Positions 1 to 8,426 of a DNA stretch of 59,940 bases are shown in pieces. The notes beneath the pieces were generated by a model that was not told the origin of the DNA, did not search any database, and saw only the letters and a list, made by a program, of their open reading frames with translations. The DNA lies in contig CAYVFO010000001.1 of the NCBI GenBank assembly GCA_964450975.1, positions 1 to 59,940 of the forward strand, written 5' to 3'. Every line of letters begins with the position of its first letter. Position 1 is the stretch's first letter. Position numbers and translations under genes: made by a program. This DNA is from an uncultured Elusimicrobia bacterium (GTDB lineage: Bacteria > Elusimicrobiota > Elusimicrobia > UBA1565 > UBA9628).

Positions 1-590
1 TGGTAGAACCACGTGAACCACTGGCCGGGGCCGACGCCGTAGAACTTGATGAGGTCGCCGTCGGTGTGGCGCTGGACGACCATGTCCTTGATCTCGCGGC
101 TCTGGAACTCGCGGCGGATGCGGTCGGCCTCGGCCCAGTCCTTCGCGAACACGACGTCGTAGGTGCAGGTGTTGTGCACGTCGCCGCGCTTGAGCCACCA
201 GCCGTCCTTCGCCTCGAAGGCCGGCGCGCGGCCGGCCGTCGCCGTCGGCCGGATCTCGGACGCGGGCCACGAGAGGCCGGGCGTCTTCTCGAAGGAGGGC
301 AGCATGCGCGTGCGGTAGCAGCCGAGGACGGAGTCCGCGGGGTTGACCACGACGACGCCGGTCTCGGCCTCGATCTTCTTGAGGCGCATGAGGCGCGGGT
401 ACGTCTCGCACATCGGGACGATGAGGTCGAAATCCTTCACGTCGGCGGAGTCGAACTCCTCGGGCGTCATGAGCACGCACTCGGTCTTGAGGATCGAGAG
501 CTGATCCATGACGGCCTTCAAGATGAGCGCGTCGTCGGACTCGCGGTTCGGGGAGTTCTGCAGCTCGCGGTAAATGCCCAAAGCCTTCAT
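1..590 (-). CDS. ATP-grasp-like enzyme, N-terminal ~196 aa (gene continues beyond window start)
   Basis: The minus strand is open from the ATG at 588-590 (MKALGIYRELQNSPNRESDD...WWLKRGDVH...VVQRHTDGDLIKFYGVG). GC3 is high. There is an ATGA overlap with the upstream stop at 587-589. The ORF is absent from the track because it has no in-window stop. Confidence 0.5.
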   Translation of the reverse strand, partial: MKALGIYRELQNSPNRESDDALILKAVMDQLSILKTECVLMTPEEFDSADVKDFDLIVPMCETYPRLMRLKKIEAETGVVVVNPADSVLGCYRTRMLPSFEKTPGLSWPASEIRPTATAGRAPAFEAKDGWWLKRGDVHNTCTYDVVFAKDWAEADRIRREFQSREIKDMVVQRHTDGDLIKFYGVGPGQWFTWFY

Positions 591-1282
591 CTGATCTTCT
601 CCGTGAGGAACGCTTCGGCCGCCTTGAGATCCTCGGGGCGGTCGACGTCGAGTGTTTTCGAGAGAACGGGTCCGGCGACGCGCGCGCCGGAGGCGACGAG
701 CGAGCCGAGGAAATCGCGAAGCTTCGAGTGCGCGTCCGCGGCGGGCAGCTTCTCGCACGCGGCGGGCGTCATGCAGTAGAGGCCGGAGGTCACGAAGCGC
801 CTCGTGCGCGCGTTCTCTCCGAGGGCCGAGATCAGGCCGACCTCGTCGACGTCGGCCCACAACGGCTTTTCGTCGTCGACGTGCTTCGTGAGGGCCAGTC
901 CCGCGTCGCACTTGGAGGAACGGCACTCATCCAGAAAACGGCGGACGTCGGACGGCGGAATCAGCGCGTCGGCGGTGCTCACGGCGAACGGCGCTTTGAA
1001 CTGCGAGAGCCTCAGGCACATCAAGCGGAACGACTCGTACGACGACGCCGTATCGGCGGTGACGAAATCGAACGACGCTCCGGGAAAGCCGGCGGGCAGA
1101 TAATCACGCACGGAATTTCCACGCGAGTTGGTCAGAACGGAAATCGTTTCGCAGCCCGACTGCTTGAGGGCGTCGACGACCCAATGGATCAAGGGCTTTC
1201 CGGCGACCGGGATCATCGGCTTGACCGGGCCCACGCCGGACAAACGAGAACCCTCTCCCGCCGCGATGATCGCCGCCCTCAC
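587..1282 (-). CDS. sugar-phosphate / small-molecule nucleotidyltransferase (NTP_transferase family)
   Basis: 231 aa. N-terminal AAGEGSRL (GxGxRL) motif followed by KPMIPVAGKPLI. GTG start at 1280-1282 overlaps the HAD stop (GTGA). Confidence 0.7.
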   Translation of the reverse strand: MRAAIIAAGEGSRLSGVGPVKPMIPVAGKPLIHWVVDALKQSGCETISVLTNSRGNSVRDYLPAGFPGASFDFVTADTASSYESFRLMCLRLSQFKAPFAVSTADALIPPSDVRRFLDECRSSKCDAGLALTKHVDDEKPLWADVDEVGLISALGENARTRRFVTSGLYCMTPAACEKLPAADAHSKLRDFLGSLVASGARVAGPVLSKTLDVDRPEDLKAAEAFLTEKIR

Positions 1283-1938
1283 TTGAGAACCGCCTCCAGC
1301 TCGACGACGGAGCGGATCGTCCAGTCCTGGTTCGCCTTCGGCGCCTCGGGGGCGGCGGTGACGAGCGCCTTCTTCATGCCCAGCGCGTGGGCTCCGGCCA
1401 TATCACGCTTGATCGAGTCGCCGACCATCACGCAGTCCTTCGGAGCGACGTCGCCCGCGGCGTGCAGGAAGATCTTCGCCTCGGGCTTGGTGACGCCGAT
1501 GACGCCGGAGTCGGCGACGGAGGCGAAGAGAGGGCGCAGGCCCTCGGCCGCGAGGATTCCGTCTAGGTTCCCGTAGAAGTTGGAGACGACGCCGAGGCGG
1601 TAGCGCGCGGCGAGGCGCTCGAGGACGGGCTTGAGGCGGGCGAACTGGCGGCGGCTGTCGGAGGCGAAGCGCGCGGCGAGCCGGTCGGCCGCGTCCATGC
1701 GGTCCGGCGCCAGGGCGGACAAGGTGTCGCGGACCTGGAGGCGGCACGTCTGCTCGAGGTCGAGGCCGGGCAGCTTGTGCCGGGAGGCCAATGCGTCCTC
1801 GCTGTCGTAGAAGGCGCGCTCGAAGCGCTCCCGCGGAAAGTCGATCCCCTCTTCCTTATAAAGGGGGTAGAAGCGGTCGGCCCAGGTCGTTCCGTCGGCG
1901 TCGAGGGTCCCGCCGTAGTCGAACAAAAGACACTTCAT
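1279..1938 (-). CDS. HAD-superfamily hydrolase/phosphatase
   Basis: 219 aa. HAD motifs I (LFDYGGTLD), II (VVSNF) and IV (MVGDSIKRDMAGA). First gene of the operon. Confidence 0.8.
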   Translation of the reverse strand: MKCLLFDYGGTLDADGTTWADRFYPLYKEEGIDFPRERFERAFYDSEDALASRHKLPGLDLEQTCRLQVRDTLSALAPDRMDAADRLAARFASDSRRQFARLKPVLERLAARYRLGVVSNFYGNLDGILAAEGLRPLFASVADSGVIGVTKPEAKIFLHAAGDVAPKDCVMVGDSIKRDMAGAHALGMKKALVTAAPEAPKANQDWTIRSVVELEAVLK

Positions 1939-1946
1939 CGCCTTAA

Positions 1947-1955
1947 ATTATACCA
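1947..1955 (-). promoter_or_regulatory. extended -10 promoter TGgTATAAT, 8 nt upstream of the HAD ATG (leaderless candidate)
   Basis: The minus strand reads TTTTGGTATAATTTAAGGCGATG. The TATAAT is perfect and is preceded by TGg. Confidence 0.5.
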
Positions 1956-2026
1956 AAAAGCCCAGGCTCAGCCCGGGCGGCCGATGCCCCCGGAGTGACA
2001 GTTTTTTGAATGTTTTTCGGCAGGCC

Positions 2027-2055
2027 TTGACAATAAATGGCAAACCTGTTATAAA
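2027..2055 (+). promoter_or_regulatory. sigma70-type promoter TTGACA-N17-TATAAA for the pil operon
   Basis: TTGACA at 2027-2032, a 17-nt spacer, and TATAAA at 2050-2055, in an AT-richer intergenic region. The leader to pilM is about 100 nt. Confidence 0.6.
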
Positions 2056-2165
2056 TCCGTGCCGCACACAAATCGCGCCGAGTCCGACCTCCCGGGGAAT
2101 ACGGGGGGACGTCGGCGCTTTTTCATGGCCGACTTCGTAGACGCGAGTCGACGCACAGAGAAACT

Positions 2166-3305
2166 ATGCCCAAGCTCGACGAGGTCAAGGCTAAGCTCGG
2201 CGCCCTGAAAGGGGTGGCGGAGCTTTTCCTCGGTCCCAAGGACGTCGTCGGGATCGATGTCGGCTCCTACTCCGTGAAGGTCGTCCTCTTCAAAGTGGAG
2301 GCCGGCCAGGCGCATCTCAAGTCCTGGGGCTATCTGCCGCTCACCGGCAAGGTGGACGCGGGACCCGACGAGAAGAAGGTCGCGGTCATCAACGCGCTGC
2401 GCGCCTGGTTCATCGAGAAGGGCGTCAAGATCAAGGAAGCGGCGACCTCCCTCTCGGGCAACGCGGTCATCGTGCGCTACGTGAAGTTCCCGCGCCTGAC
2501 CAAGGGCGAGCTGTCTCAGACGCTCGCGACCGAGGCCGAGCCCTTCATCCCTTTCGACATCAACGAGGTCCAGCTCGGCTTCCACATCCTGGCCGAGATC
2601 GTCGAGGACGGCCAGAAGACGATGGAGACCGTCCTGGTCGCCGCGAAGAAGGAGCTCATCGGGCAGCGCCTCGAGATCCTCGAGGGCGCCGGCCTCTCCC
2701 CCACGATCATCGACGTCGACAGCTTCGCGCTCGAGAACGTCCACGAGAAGCTGTCCGGCAAGGAAGGCGGCGGCGCCGCCCTCTACCTTAATATCGGCCA
2801 CATGGTCACCAATCTCTCGATCATCGAGAACGGAGTGACGCGCGTCGTCCGCGACGTGTTCATCTCCGGCAACACGATGACGAAGGCGATCATCAAGGCG
2901 TTCCAGTGCGACGCCGCCAAGGCCGAGGAGCTCAAGAAGACGCGCGGCGTCTTCGTCGACCCGGCCGAGAAGGAAAAGGCGCTCGCCGACGGCGACCGCG
3001 ACGGCCTCGGCGTGTCGCAGGCCGTCGGCCAGGTCGCGCGCGACCTCGTCGCCGAGGTCCACCGCTCCGTCGACTTCTACCTCTCGCAGGGCCCGGACCG
3101 CTCGATCGGCCGCATCCTGCTCTCGGGCGGCAGCGCCCGCGTCAAGAATCTCGACAAGCATCTCGCGCAGGAGCTCAAGGTTCCCGTGACGGTGCTCAAT
3201 CCGTTCGCGTTCGCCAAAGGCGGCGACCAGGTTCCCGAGGAGCTCGCCTCGTCCTTCGGAGTCGCCGTGGGTCTGGCCCTGCGCCAGAACCGGGACTGGG
3301 AATAG
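2166..3305 (+). CDS. pilM: type IV pilus assembly protein PilM (actin-like ATPase fold)
   Basis: 379 aa. The N-terminus (VVGIDVGSYSVKVV) and overall layout are typical of PilM. It is followed by pilN/O/P/Q. Confidence 0.9.
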   Translation: MPKLDEVKAKLGALKGVAELFLGPKDVVGIDVGSYSVKVVLFKVEAGQAHLKSWGYLPLTGKVDAGPDEKKVAVINALRAWFIEKGVKIKEAATSLSGNAVIVRYVKFPRLTKGELSQTLATEAEPFIPFDINEVQLGFHILAEIVEDGQKTMETVLVAAKKELIGQRLEILEGAGLSPTIIDVDSFALENVHEKLSGKEGGGAALYLNIGHMVTNLSIIENGVTRVVRDVFISGNTMTKAIIKAFQCDAAKAEELKKTRGVFVDPAEKEKALADGDRDGLGVSQAVGQVARDLVAEVHRSVDFYLSQGPDRSIGRILLSGGSARVKNLDKHLAQELKVPVTVLNPFAFAKGGDQVPEELASSFGVAVGLALRQNRDWE

Positions 3306-3308
3306 ACC

Positions 3309-3860
3309 GTGGCCATCAAGGTCAACCTCGTCCCCCCGGAGCTGCTCGGAAAAGCGAAGCAGCGCCAGCTCATGCTGCAGGCCGGCGTCATCGGCGGCAT
3401 CCTGCTCATCGTGCTCGCCGGCGTCTCCTTCGGCCACTGGTTCGGCAAGCACCGCCTCGAGCAGCAGCTGGCGTACGACGAGGCCGAGCTGCAGCGCCTC
3501 GACGCGATCGTCAAGCAGGTCGAGGAGCTCGAGAAGGCCGCGGCCGCCGTGCGCGCGCGCCTCGGCGTCATCGAGGATCTCCTGCTCGGCCGGACGTACT
3601 ACCCCGTCTTCATGTCGGACTTCGCGCGCACCGTCCCGGGCGGCATCAAGGTCAACTCGATGCAGACCGCCGGCGCGGGCGCCGGCACCGGCTCGATCAA
3701 GCTCACGATCGCCGCCGTCGCGAACTCGAACGAGGACATCGCCGCCTGGATCAAAACGATGGAGAAGAACCCCCGGTTCGTCAACATCGAGCTCGGCGCG
3801 GTCTCGAACTCGAACAATCTGTACGATTTCGGCATGACCGCGAACTACACCAACAAATAA
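3309..3860 (+). CDS. pilN: type IV pilus assembly protein PilN
   Basis: 183 aa. INLVPPE-like N-terminus (KVNLVPPELL), one TM helix, then a coiled coil. GTG start 3 nt after the pilM stop. Confidence 0.85.
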   Translation: MAIKVNLVPPELLGKAKQRQLMLQAGVIGGILLIVLAGVSFGHWFGKHRLEQQLAYDEAELQRLDAIVKQVEELEKAAAAVRARLGVIEDLLLGRTYYPVFMSDFARTVPGGIKVNSMQTAGAGAGTGSIKLTIAAVANSNEDIAAWIKTMEKNPRFVNIELGAVSNSNNLYDFGMTANYTNK

Positions 3861-3861
3861 C

Positions 3862-4407
3862 ATGGCCCTCCAACTCTCGAAGCAGGAGCAGCAGTACGTC
3901 GCGGGCGCCGCGTTCCTCGTGGTCGCGCTCGGCTTCGTCTACGTGAAGTTCTTCTGGCTGCCCGTCTCGCAGGCCAAGAAGGAGGCCCGCGAGAAGATCG
4001 AGGTCATCGAGGCCAAGATCGTCAAGGCGAAGCAGCAGGCCGCTCGCCTCAAGCGCCTGCAGGATGAGATCGCGACGCTCAACGAGCGCGCGGTCGAGGC
4101 CGAGAAGCGCCTGCCGAAGTCGAAGTCCGTGCCCGACATCCTGCTCGCGATCTCGGCGCTCGCCCAGAAGCAGCGCGTCACGATCCAGAGCTTCGCGCCC
4201 GGCCCGCAGAAGAGCCAGCAGTACTTCATCGAGCTGGCGTACCCGGTTTCCGTCAAAGGCTCGTATCACAGCATCGGCCGCTTCCTCGCGGCGCTGTCGC
4301 TCGAGGAGCGCATCTTCAACGTGCGCGACATCAACTATCCGACGGCGGACGCAGCCGGAGACATGACGGTGACCTTCGTCCTGCTCTCGTACCAGTATAA
4401 AGGATGA
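3862..4407 (+). CDS. pilO: type IV pilus assembly protein PilO
   Basis: 181 aa. TM helix, coiled coil and a ferredoxin-like C-terminus (YHSIGRFLAALSLEERIFNV). Position in the operon fits. Confidence 0.85.
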   Translation: MALQLSKQEQQYVAGAAFLVVALGFVYVKFFWLPVSQAKKEAREKIEVIEAKIVKAKQQAARLKRLQDEIATLNERAVEAEKRLPKSKSVPDILLAISALAQKQRVTIQSFAPGPQKSQQYFIELAYPVSVKGSYHSIGRFLAALSLEERIFNVRDINYPTADAAGDMTVTFVLLSYQYKG

Positions 4408-4901
4408 TCACTCTCGCTATCGCTTTACTCGTCGCGACGGCCGGCCCCGCGGCCGCGGGGCCGGCGCCGTCGCCGGCCGCCGGCGTCGCCGCGTCCACGT
4501 CCTCGGTCATCGCGACCTCGACGCAGACGGTGGCGACGATCTACACCGGCGACCGCGTGCGCGATCCGTTCCTGCCGGCCGCCATGGGCGCGACGAGCGC
4601 CCGTCGCGCCGACAAGGACGAGAACTCCGGGCCCGAGACCGTGGACATCCACGGCATGGCGCTCAAGGGAATCCTCAAGGACAAGATCGCCGATTTCGCG
4701 CTCTTCTCCTCGGAGCAGGGCGGCACGTACATGCTCAAGGCGGGCAAGCTTTTCAACGACCGCAACAAGCCGGTGCCCGGAGTGACCGGCCGCATCAAGA
4801 TCAAACAGAAGACCGTGGAGCTCATCACGGCGGACAAGGACGTGCAGGTGTTCCGCCTCGGTGAGGAAGAAGAGAAGGACAAGACAAAGGAGAAGCCTTG
4901 A
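4404..4901 (+). CDS. PilP-like periplasmic pilus assembly protein (no lipobox Cys)
   Basis: 165 aa with a signal peptide, sitting between pilO and pilQ. The C-terminal beta-rich region resembles PilP. ATGA overlap with pilO. Confidence 0.55.
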   Translation: MITLAIALLVATAGPAAAGPAPSPAAGVAASTSSVIATSTQTVATIYTGDRVRDPFLPAAMGATSARRADKDENSGPETVDIHGMALKGILKDKIADFALFSSEQGGTYMLKAGKLFNDRNKPVPGVTGRIKIKQKTVELITADKDVQVFRLGEEEEKDKTKEKP

Positions 4902-7009
4902 CGGCGGAGAATCCCATGATGAAACACGATCTTCCCAAAAAGGCGCTCGCGGCCCTGCTCGCCGCGGTGCTCTCCATTCCCGGCGGCGCCCTCGAGGCGT
5001 TCGCGGCCGAAGCCGCGGCCGCTCCCGCCTCGCCCGCGACCTTCAACGGCGTCGACGTCGCGGACGACTTCGTCACGATCGAGCTCTCCACCGGCGTCCT
5101 CTACAACAGCTTCCTCACGCAGACGCCGCCCAGGCTCGTCATGGAGCTGCTCGACGTCAAGCACGAGGGCCCCACGCAGACGATGAAGGGCAAGGGCCAG
5201 TTCCTCGCGGGCGTCCGCACGAGCCAGTTCGAGAAGTCGCCGCGCCTCATCACGCGCGTCGTCATGGATCTCGTGAAGATGGCCGGCTACAAGGTGGGCA
5301 CGACGCCGAGCGGCCTGACCGTGCAGCTCGTCGGGTCCGTCGAGGATGACGGCAAGCAGGCCGCGGCTCCCGCTCCCGCCGCCGCGCCCGCCGCCAAGCC
5401 CGTCGTCGCCAAGCGCGCGGCCGCCGCCGCGCCCAAGCCCCTCGTCGCCGAGGCGGCCGCCGCGACTCTCCCCGTTCCCGCAGCGGCGCCCGTCGAGGCT
5501 CCGGCTCCGGTCGCCAAGCCCAAGATCAAGGTGACGACCGACGCCGGCCAGGCGATGCGCCGCGCCGGCCTCACCGGAACGATGTCGCCGGAGCTCGCGG
5601 CCGCCGCCGTGAACTCGGACATCACGAAGACCAAGGTCAACGTCGGCGACGACGGCCTCGACGACGAGCGCAACGACCGCCGCGGCGCCAACCGCGCGTA
5701 CCGCGACATCATGAGCCGCCTGCCGCGCGATCCCGTCACGCTCGACTTCGACAACACCGACATCCGCGACGTCATCCGCCTGCTCGGCGCGAAGGCGAAG
5801 CTCAACATCGTCTTCGGCCCCGACGTCGGCGGCAGCCTGACGCTCCATCTCGTGGACGTTCCCTTCAACGAAGCCTTCCGCACGGCTCTGTCCATGATGA
5901 AGCTCACGACCGACCAGGTCGGCGACAACATCCTGCGCGTCATCACGCCGGGCGAGCTGACCCGCATGCGCACGACGTCGAGCGCGATCTCGCGCGTCTT
6001 CACGCTCAACTACGCCAAGGCCTCCGAGGTCAAGACGACGATCGACGCGGTCCGCACCGCCGAGGGCCGCACCGGCTCCTCGACGGCCGACGCGAAGTCG
6101 AACCAGCTCATCATCACCGACACGCTCGAGGGCCTGCTCTCGGCCGAGAACCTGATCGGACAGCTCGACCAGCGCCCGCGCCAGGTGCTCATCGAGGCCA
6201 AGCTCATCGAAGTCAACGCCAACACCGGCCTCAACTACGGCGTTCAGTGGGACTACCTGCAGAACGACCGCGGCCGCATCGGCGGCAAGCAGGGCATCTC
6301 CACGATCGGCGCGACGAACGGCTACACGTCCACGACGATCAATCCCCTCACGACGGCCGACAACACCGTGGTCAACAACGTCGGCTCGACCGGCGGCGTC
6401 GGCGCGACGGCGCGCGGCACCGGCGTCAGCCTCGCCGCGGACCGCGTGTTCGGCGCGATGACGCTCGGCCGCGTCACGAACAACTTCATCCTCAACGCCA
6501 CGCTCACCGCGGCGGCGTCCGAGGGCAAGGCGAAGATCCTCTCCGAGCCGAAGATCGCGACGCTGAACAACCAGCCCGCGAACATCAACGTCACCACTCA
6601 GATCCCCTACGTGACGTCGAACGTCGCCTCGACCGGCGTGCAGACGCAGACCGTCTCGTACGTGACGACCGGCATCCAGCTGACCGTCACGCCGAGCATC
6701 AACGCCGACGGCCGCATCACGCTGCAGGTCAAGCCGGACGTCAGCCAGCCTTCCGTCGTGGCGTCGGGCTCCACGCAGACGGGCGCTCCCGCGATCGACG
6801 CGAGAACGGCGAACACCACCGTGCTCGTGCGCGACGGCGAGACGATCGTCATCGGCGGCCTGATCACCGATTCCTTCCAGGACACGATCTCCAAGATCCC
6901 GCTCCTGGGAGACATTCCGATCCTCGGCTGGCTCTTCAAGAAGAAGACCAAGACCCGCACGCGCGCGGAGCTCCTGATCTTCGTCACGACGAGGATCCTC
7001 CCCGACTAG
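4898..7009 (+). CDS. pilQ: type IV pilus secretin PilQ with N-terminal AMIN domain and Ala/Pro-rich linker
   Basis: 703 aa. The secretin C-terminus reads GETIVIGGLI...IPLLGDIPILGWLFK. The more likely start is the ATG at 4916 (MMKHDLPKK, GGAG 8 nt upstream) rather than the TTG at 4898. Confidence 0.9.
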   Translation: MTAENPMMKHDLPKKALAALLAAVLSIPGGALEAFAAEAAAAPASPATFNGVDVADDFVTIELSTGVLYNSFLTQTPPRLVMELLDVKHEGPTQTMKGKGQFLAGVRTSQFEKSPRLITRVVMDLVKMAGYKVGTTPSGLTVQLVGSVEDDGKQAAAPAPAAAPAAKPVVAKRAAAAAPKPLVAEAAAATLPVPAAAPVEAPAPVAKPKIKVTTDAGQAMRRAGLTGTMSPELAAAAVNSDITKTKVNVGDDGLDDERNDRRGANRAYRDIMSRLPRDPVTLDFDNTDIRDVIRLLGAKAKLNIVFGPDVGGSLTLHLVDVPFNEAFRTALSMMKLTTDQVGDNILRVITPGELTRMRTTSSAISRVFTLNYAKASEVKTTIDAVRTAEGRTGSSTADAKSNQLIITDTLEGLLSAENLIGQLDQRPRQVLIEAKLIEVNANTGLNYGVQWDYLQNDRGRIGGKQGISTIGATNGYTSTTINPLTTADNTVVNNVGSTGGVGATARGTGVSLAADRVFGAMTLGRVTNNFILNATLTAAASEGKAKILSEPKIATLNNQPANINVTTQIPYVTSNVASTGVQTQTVSYVTTGIQLTVTPSINADGRITLQVKPDVSQPSVVASGSTQTGAPAIDARTANTTVLVRDGETIVIGGLITDSFQDTISKIPLLGDIPILGWLFKKKTKTRTRAELLIFVTTRILPD

Positions 7010-7016
7010 CCCGACC

Positions 7017-8426
7017 GTGCTCGCCGGCCTCGTCGGACTCGTCGTCGCCGCGGGGCTGCTGCTGAGGGGAGGCTGGGACGTCTGGGCGCAGTCCGCGCTC
7101 GCGCTCGTCCTCGCCGGCGGCGGCGCCGCGTGGCTGTGCTGGGGCCTCGCCGTGGGCTGGCTCCCGCGCCCGCGCACCGCGCTCTCCGTCTGGGTGCTGA
7201 GCCTGCTCGTCCTCTCGGCGGCGTCCGCGGTCTGGAGCCCCGTGCCCGCGTACGCGCGCGCCGCGTGGCTGCCGGCCGCGGCGGGCCTTCTCCTCATTCC
7301 GCTCGTGACCTTGGCCGATCCCGAGGGCCGCGACCGCATCGAGCGGATGCTGCGCCTCGCGGCGTGGGCGCTCGTCCTCGCCGCCGTCTATCAGCGCCTG
7401 CACGGCGCCGGCCGCCCGCCGTCGACGTTGATCAACCAGAACGTCTTCGCGGGCGCGATCCTGCTCCTGCTGCCTCTCGCCGCGCGCGCGAAGGACTGGG
7501 GCCTCATCGCCGCCCTGCTGCTGTGCCTCTGGTGGACGAAGTCGGTCGGCGCGTGGCTCGGCCTCTCCGTCGCGCTCGTGGTCCATCGCCGCGCCGTCGG
7601 CGCTCCGGGCTTCTGGCTCGGCGCCGTCGCGGGCTTCGTCGGTCTCGTCGCCGCGTACGCGAAGCTGCAGTCGCCCGAGTGGCTTCACCGCGTCGAGTGG
7701 TGGGACGCGGCCTGGCGCATGGCCGCGCACGCGCCGTGGCTCGGCCTCGGGCCGGGCGCCTTCGAGCCGGCCCTGCCCGCGTACGCGCCGGGACGGCCGG
7801 AGCTGTGGTCGATCTACGCGCACCAGCACGTGCTGGAGACGGCGGCCGAGCGGGGCTGGATCTACGCCGCGCTCTGGCTCGGCGGGCTGTTCCTCATCCT
7901 GAAAGAAGCGCCCGCGAGCCGCCGCTTCGGCCCGCTCGCCGCGCTCGCGCACGGCTTCGTCGACTACGCGCTCGCCATGCCCGGCGTGTTCTGGCTGTTC
8001 TGCGCGACGACGGCGCTCGCGATGCCCGAGTCCGGCCGCGGCGTCAACGTTCCGTCGAGCCGGCGGCCCATCTTGATCCTCCTCGTGCTGGGAGTCGCCG
8101 GCGGCTCCTCCGCGCTGATCTGGCGCGGCTGGACCGCGGACCGCCTGCGCGCGAGCGCGATGCACGAGCTCGGGAAGGAGACGCCCGACTTGAACCTCGT
8201 CGAGGAGAAGCTGGCCGCCTCGGAGAGGATCGCGCAGCACCCGGAGGCCGCGCGCTTGCGCGGCGAGCTGCTGCTCGCGCGCGCGGGCTCCGCGCCGACG
8301 CCGGCCGAGCTCGACGCCGCGGCCGCGCACCTCGAGCGCGCCGTCGCGCTGAACCCTTTCCGCGCCACGAGCAAGGTCATGCTCGAGAACGTCCGCGCCC
8401 ACGCCGCGGCGCAGAGGACCAAGTGA
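7017..8426 (+). CDS. O-antigen-ligase-like (Wzy_C) polytopic membrane protein with C-terminal TPR-like tail
   Basis: 469 aa and multi-TM. The periplasmic-loop motif YAHQHVLETAAERGW is typical of the Wzy_C/WaaL/PglL family. The C-terminus is helical and TPR-like. GTG start 7 nt after the pilQ stop. Confidence 0.7.
   Translation: MLAGLVGLVVAAGLLLRGGWDVWAQSALALVLAGGGAAWLCWGLAVGWLPRPRTALSVWVLSLLVLSAASAVWSPVPAYARAAWLPAAAGLLLIPLVTLADPEGRDRIERMLRLAAWALVLAAVYQRLHGAGRPPSTLINQNVFAGAILLLLPLAARAKDWGLIAALLLCLWWTKSVGAWLGLSVALVVHRRAVGAPGFWLGAVAGFVGLVAAYAKLQSPEWLHRVEWWDAAWRMAAHAPWLGLGPGAFEPALPAYAPGRPELWSIYAHQHVLETAAERGWIYAALWLGGLFLILKEAPASRRFGPLAALAHGFVDYALAMPGVFWLFCATTALAMPESGRGVNVPSSRRPILILLVLGVAGGSSALIWRGWTADRLRASAMHELGKETPDLNLVEEKLAASERIAQHPEAARLRGELLLARAGSAPTPAELDAAAAHLERAVALNPFRATSKVMLENVRAHAAAQRTK

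Noticed and set aside
5361-5530. An Ala/Pro/Lys-rich repetitive stretch that looks like a DNA repeat.
   Set aside because: It is in frame within pilQ, between the AMIN and secretin domains. It is a low-complexity periplasmic linker rather than an independent repeat element.
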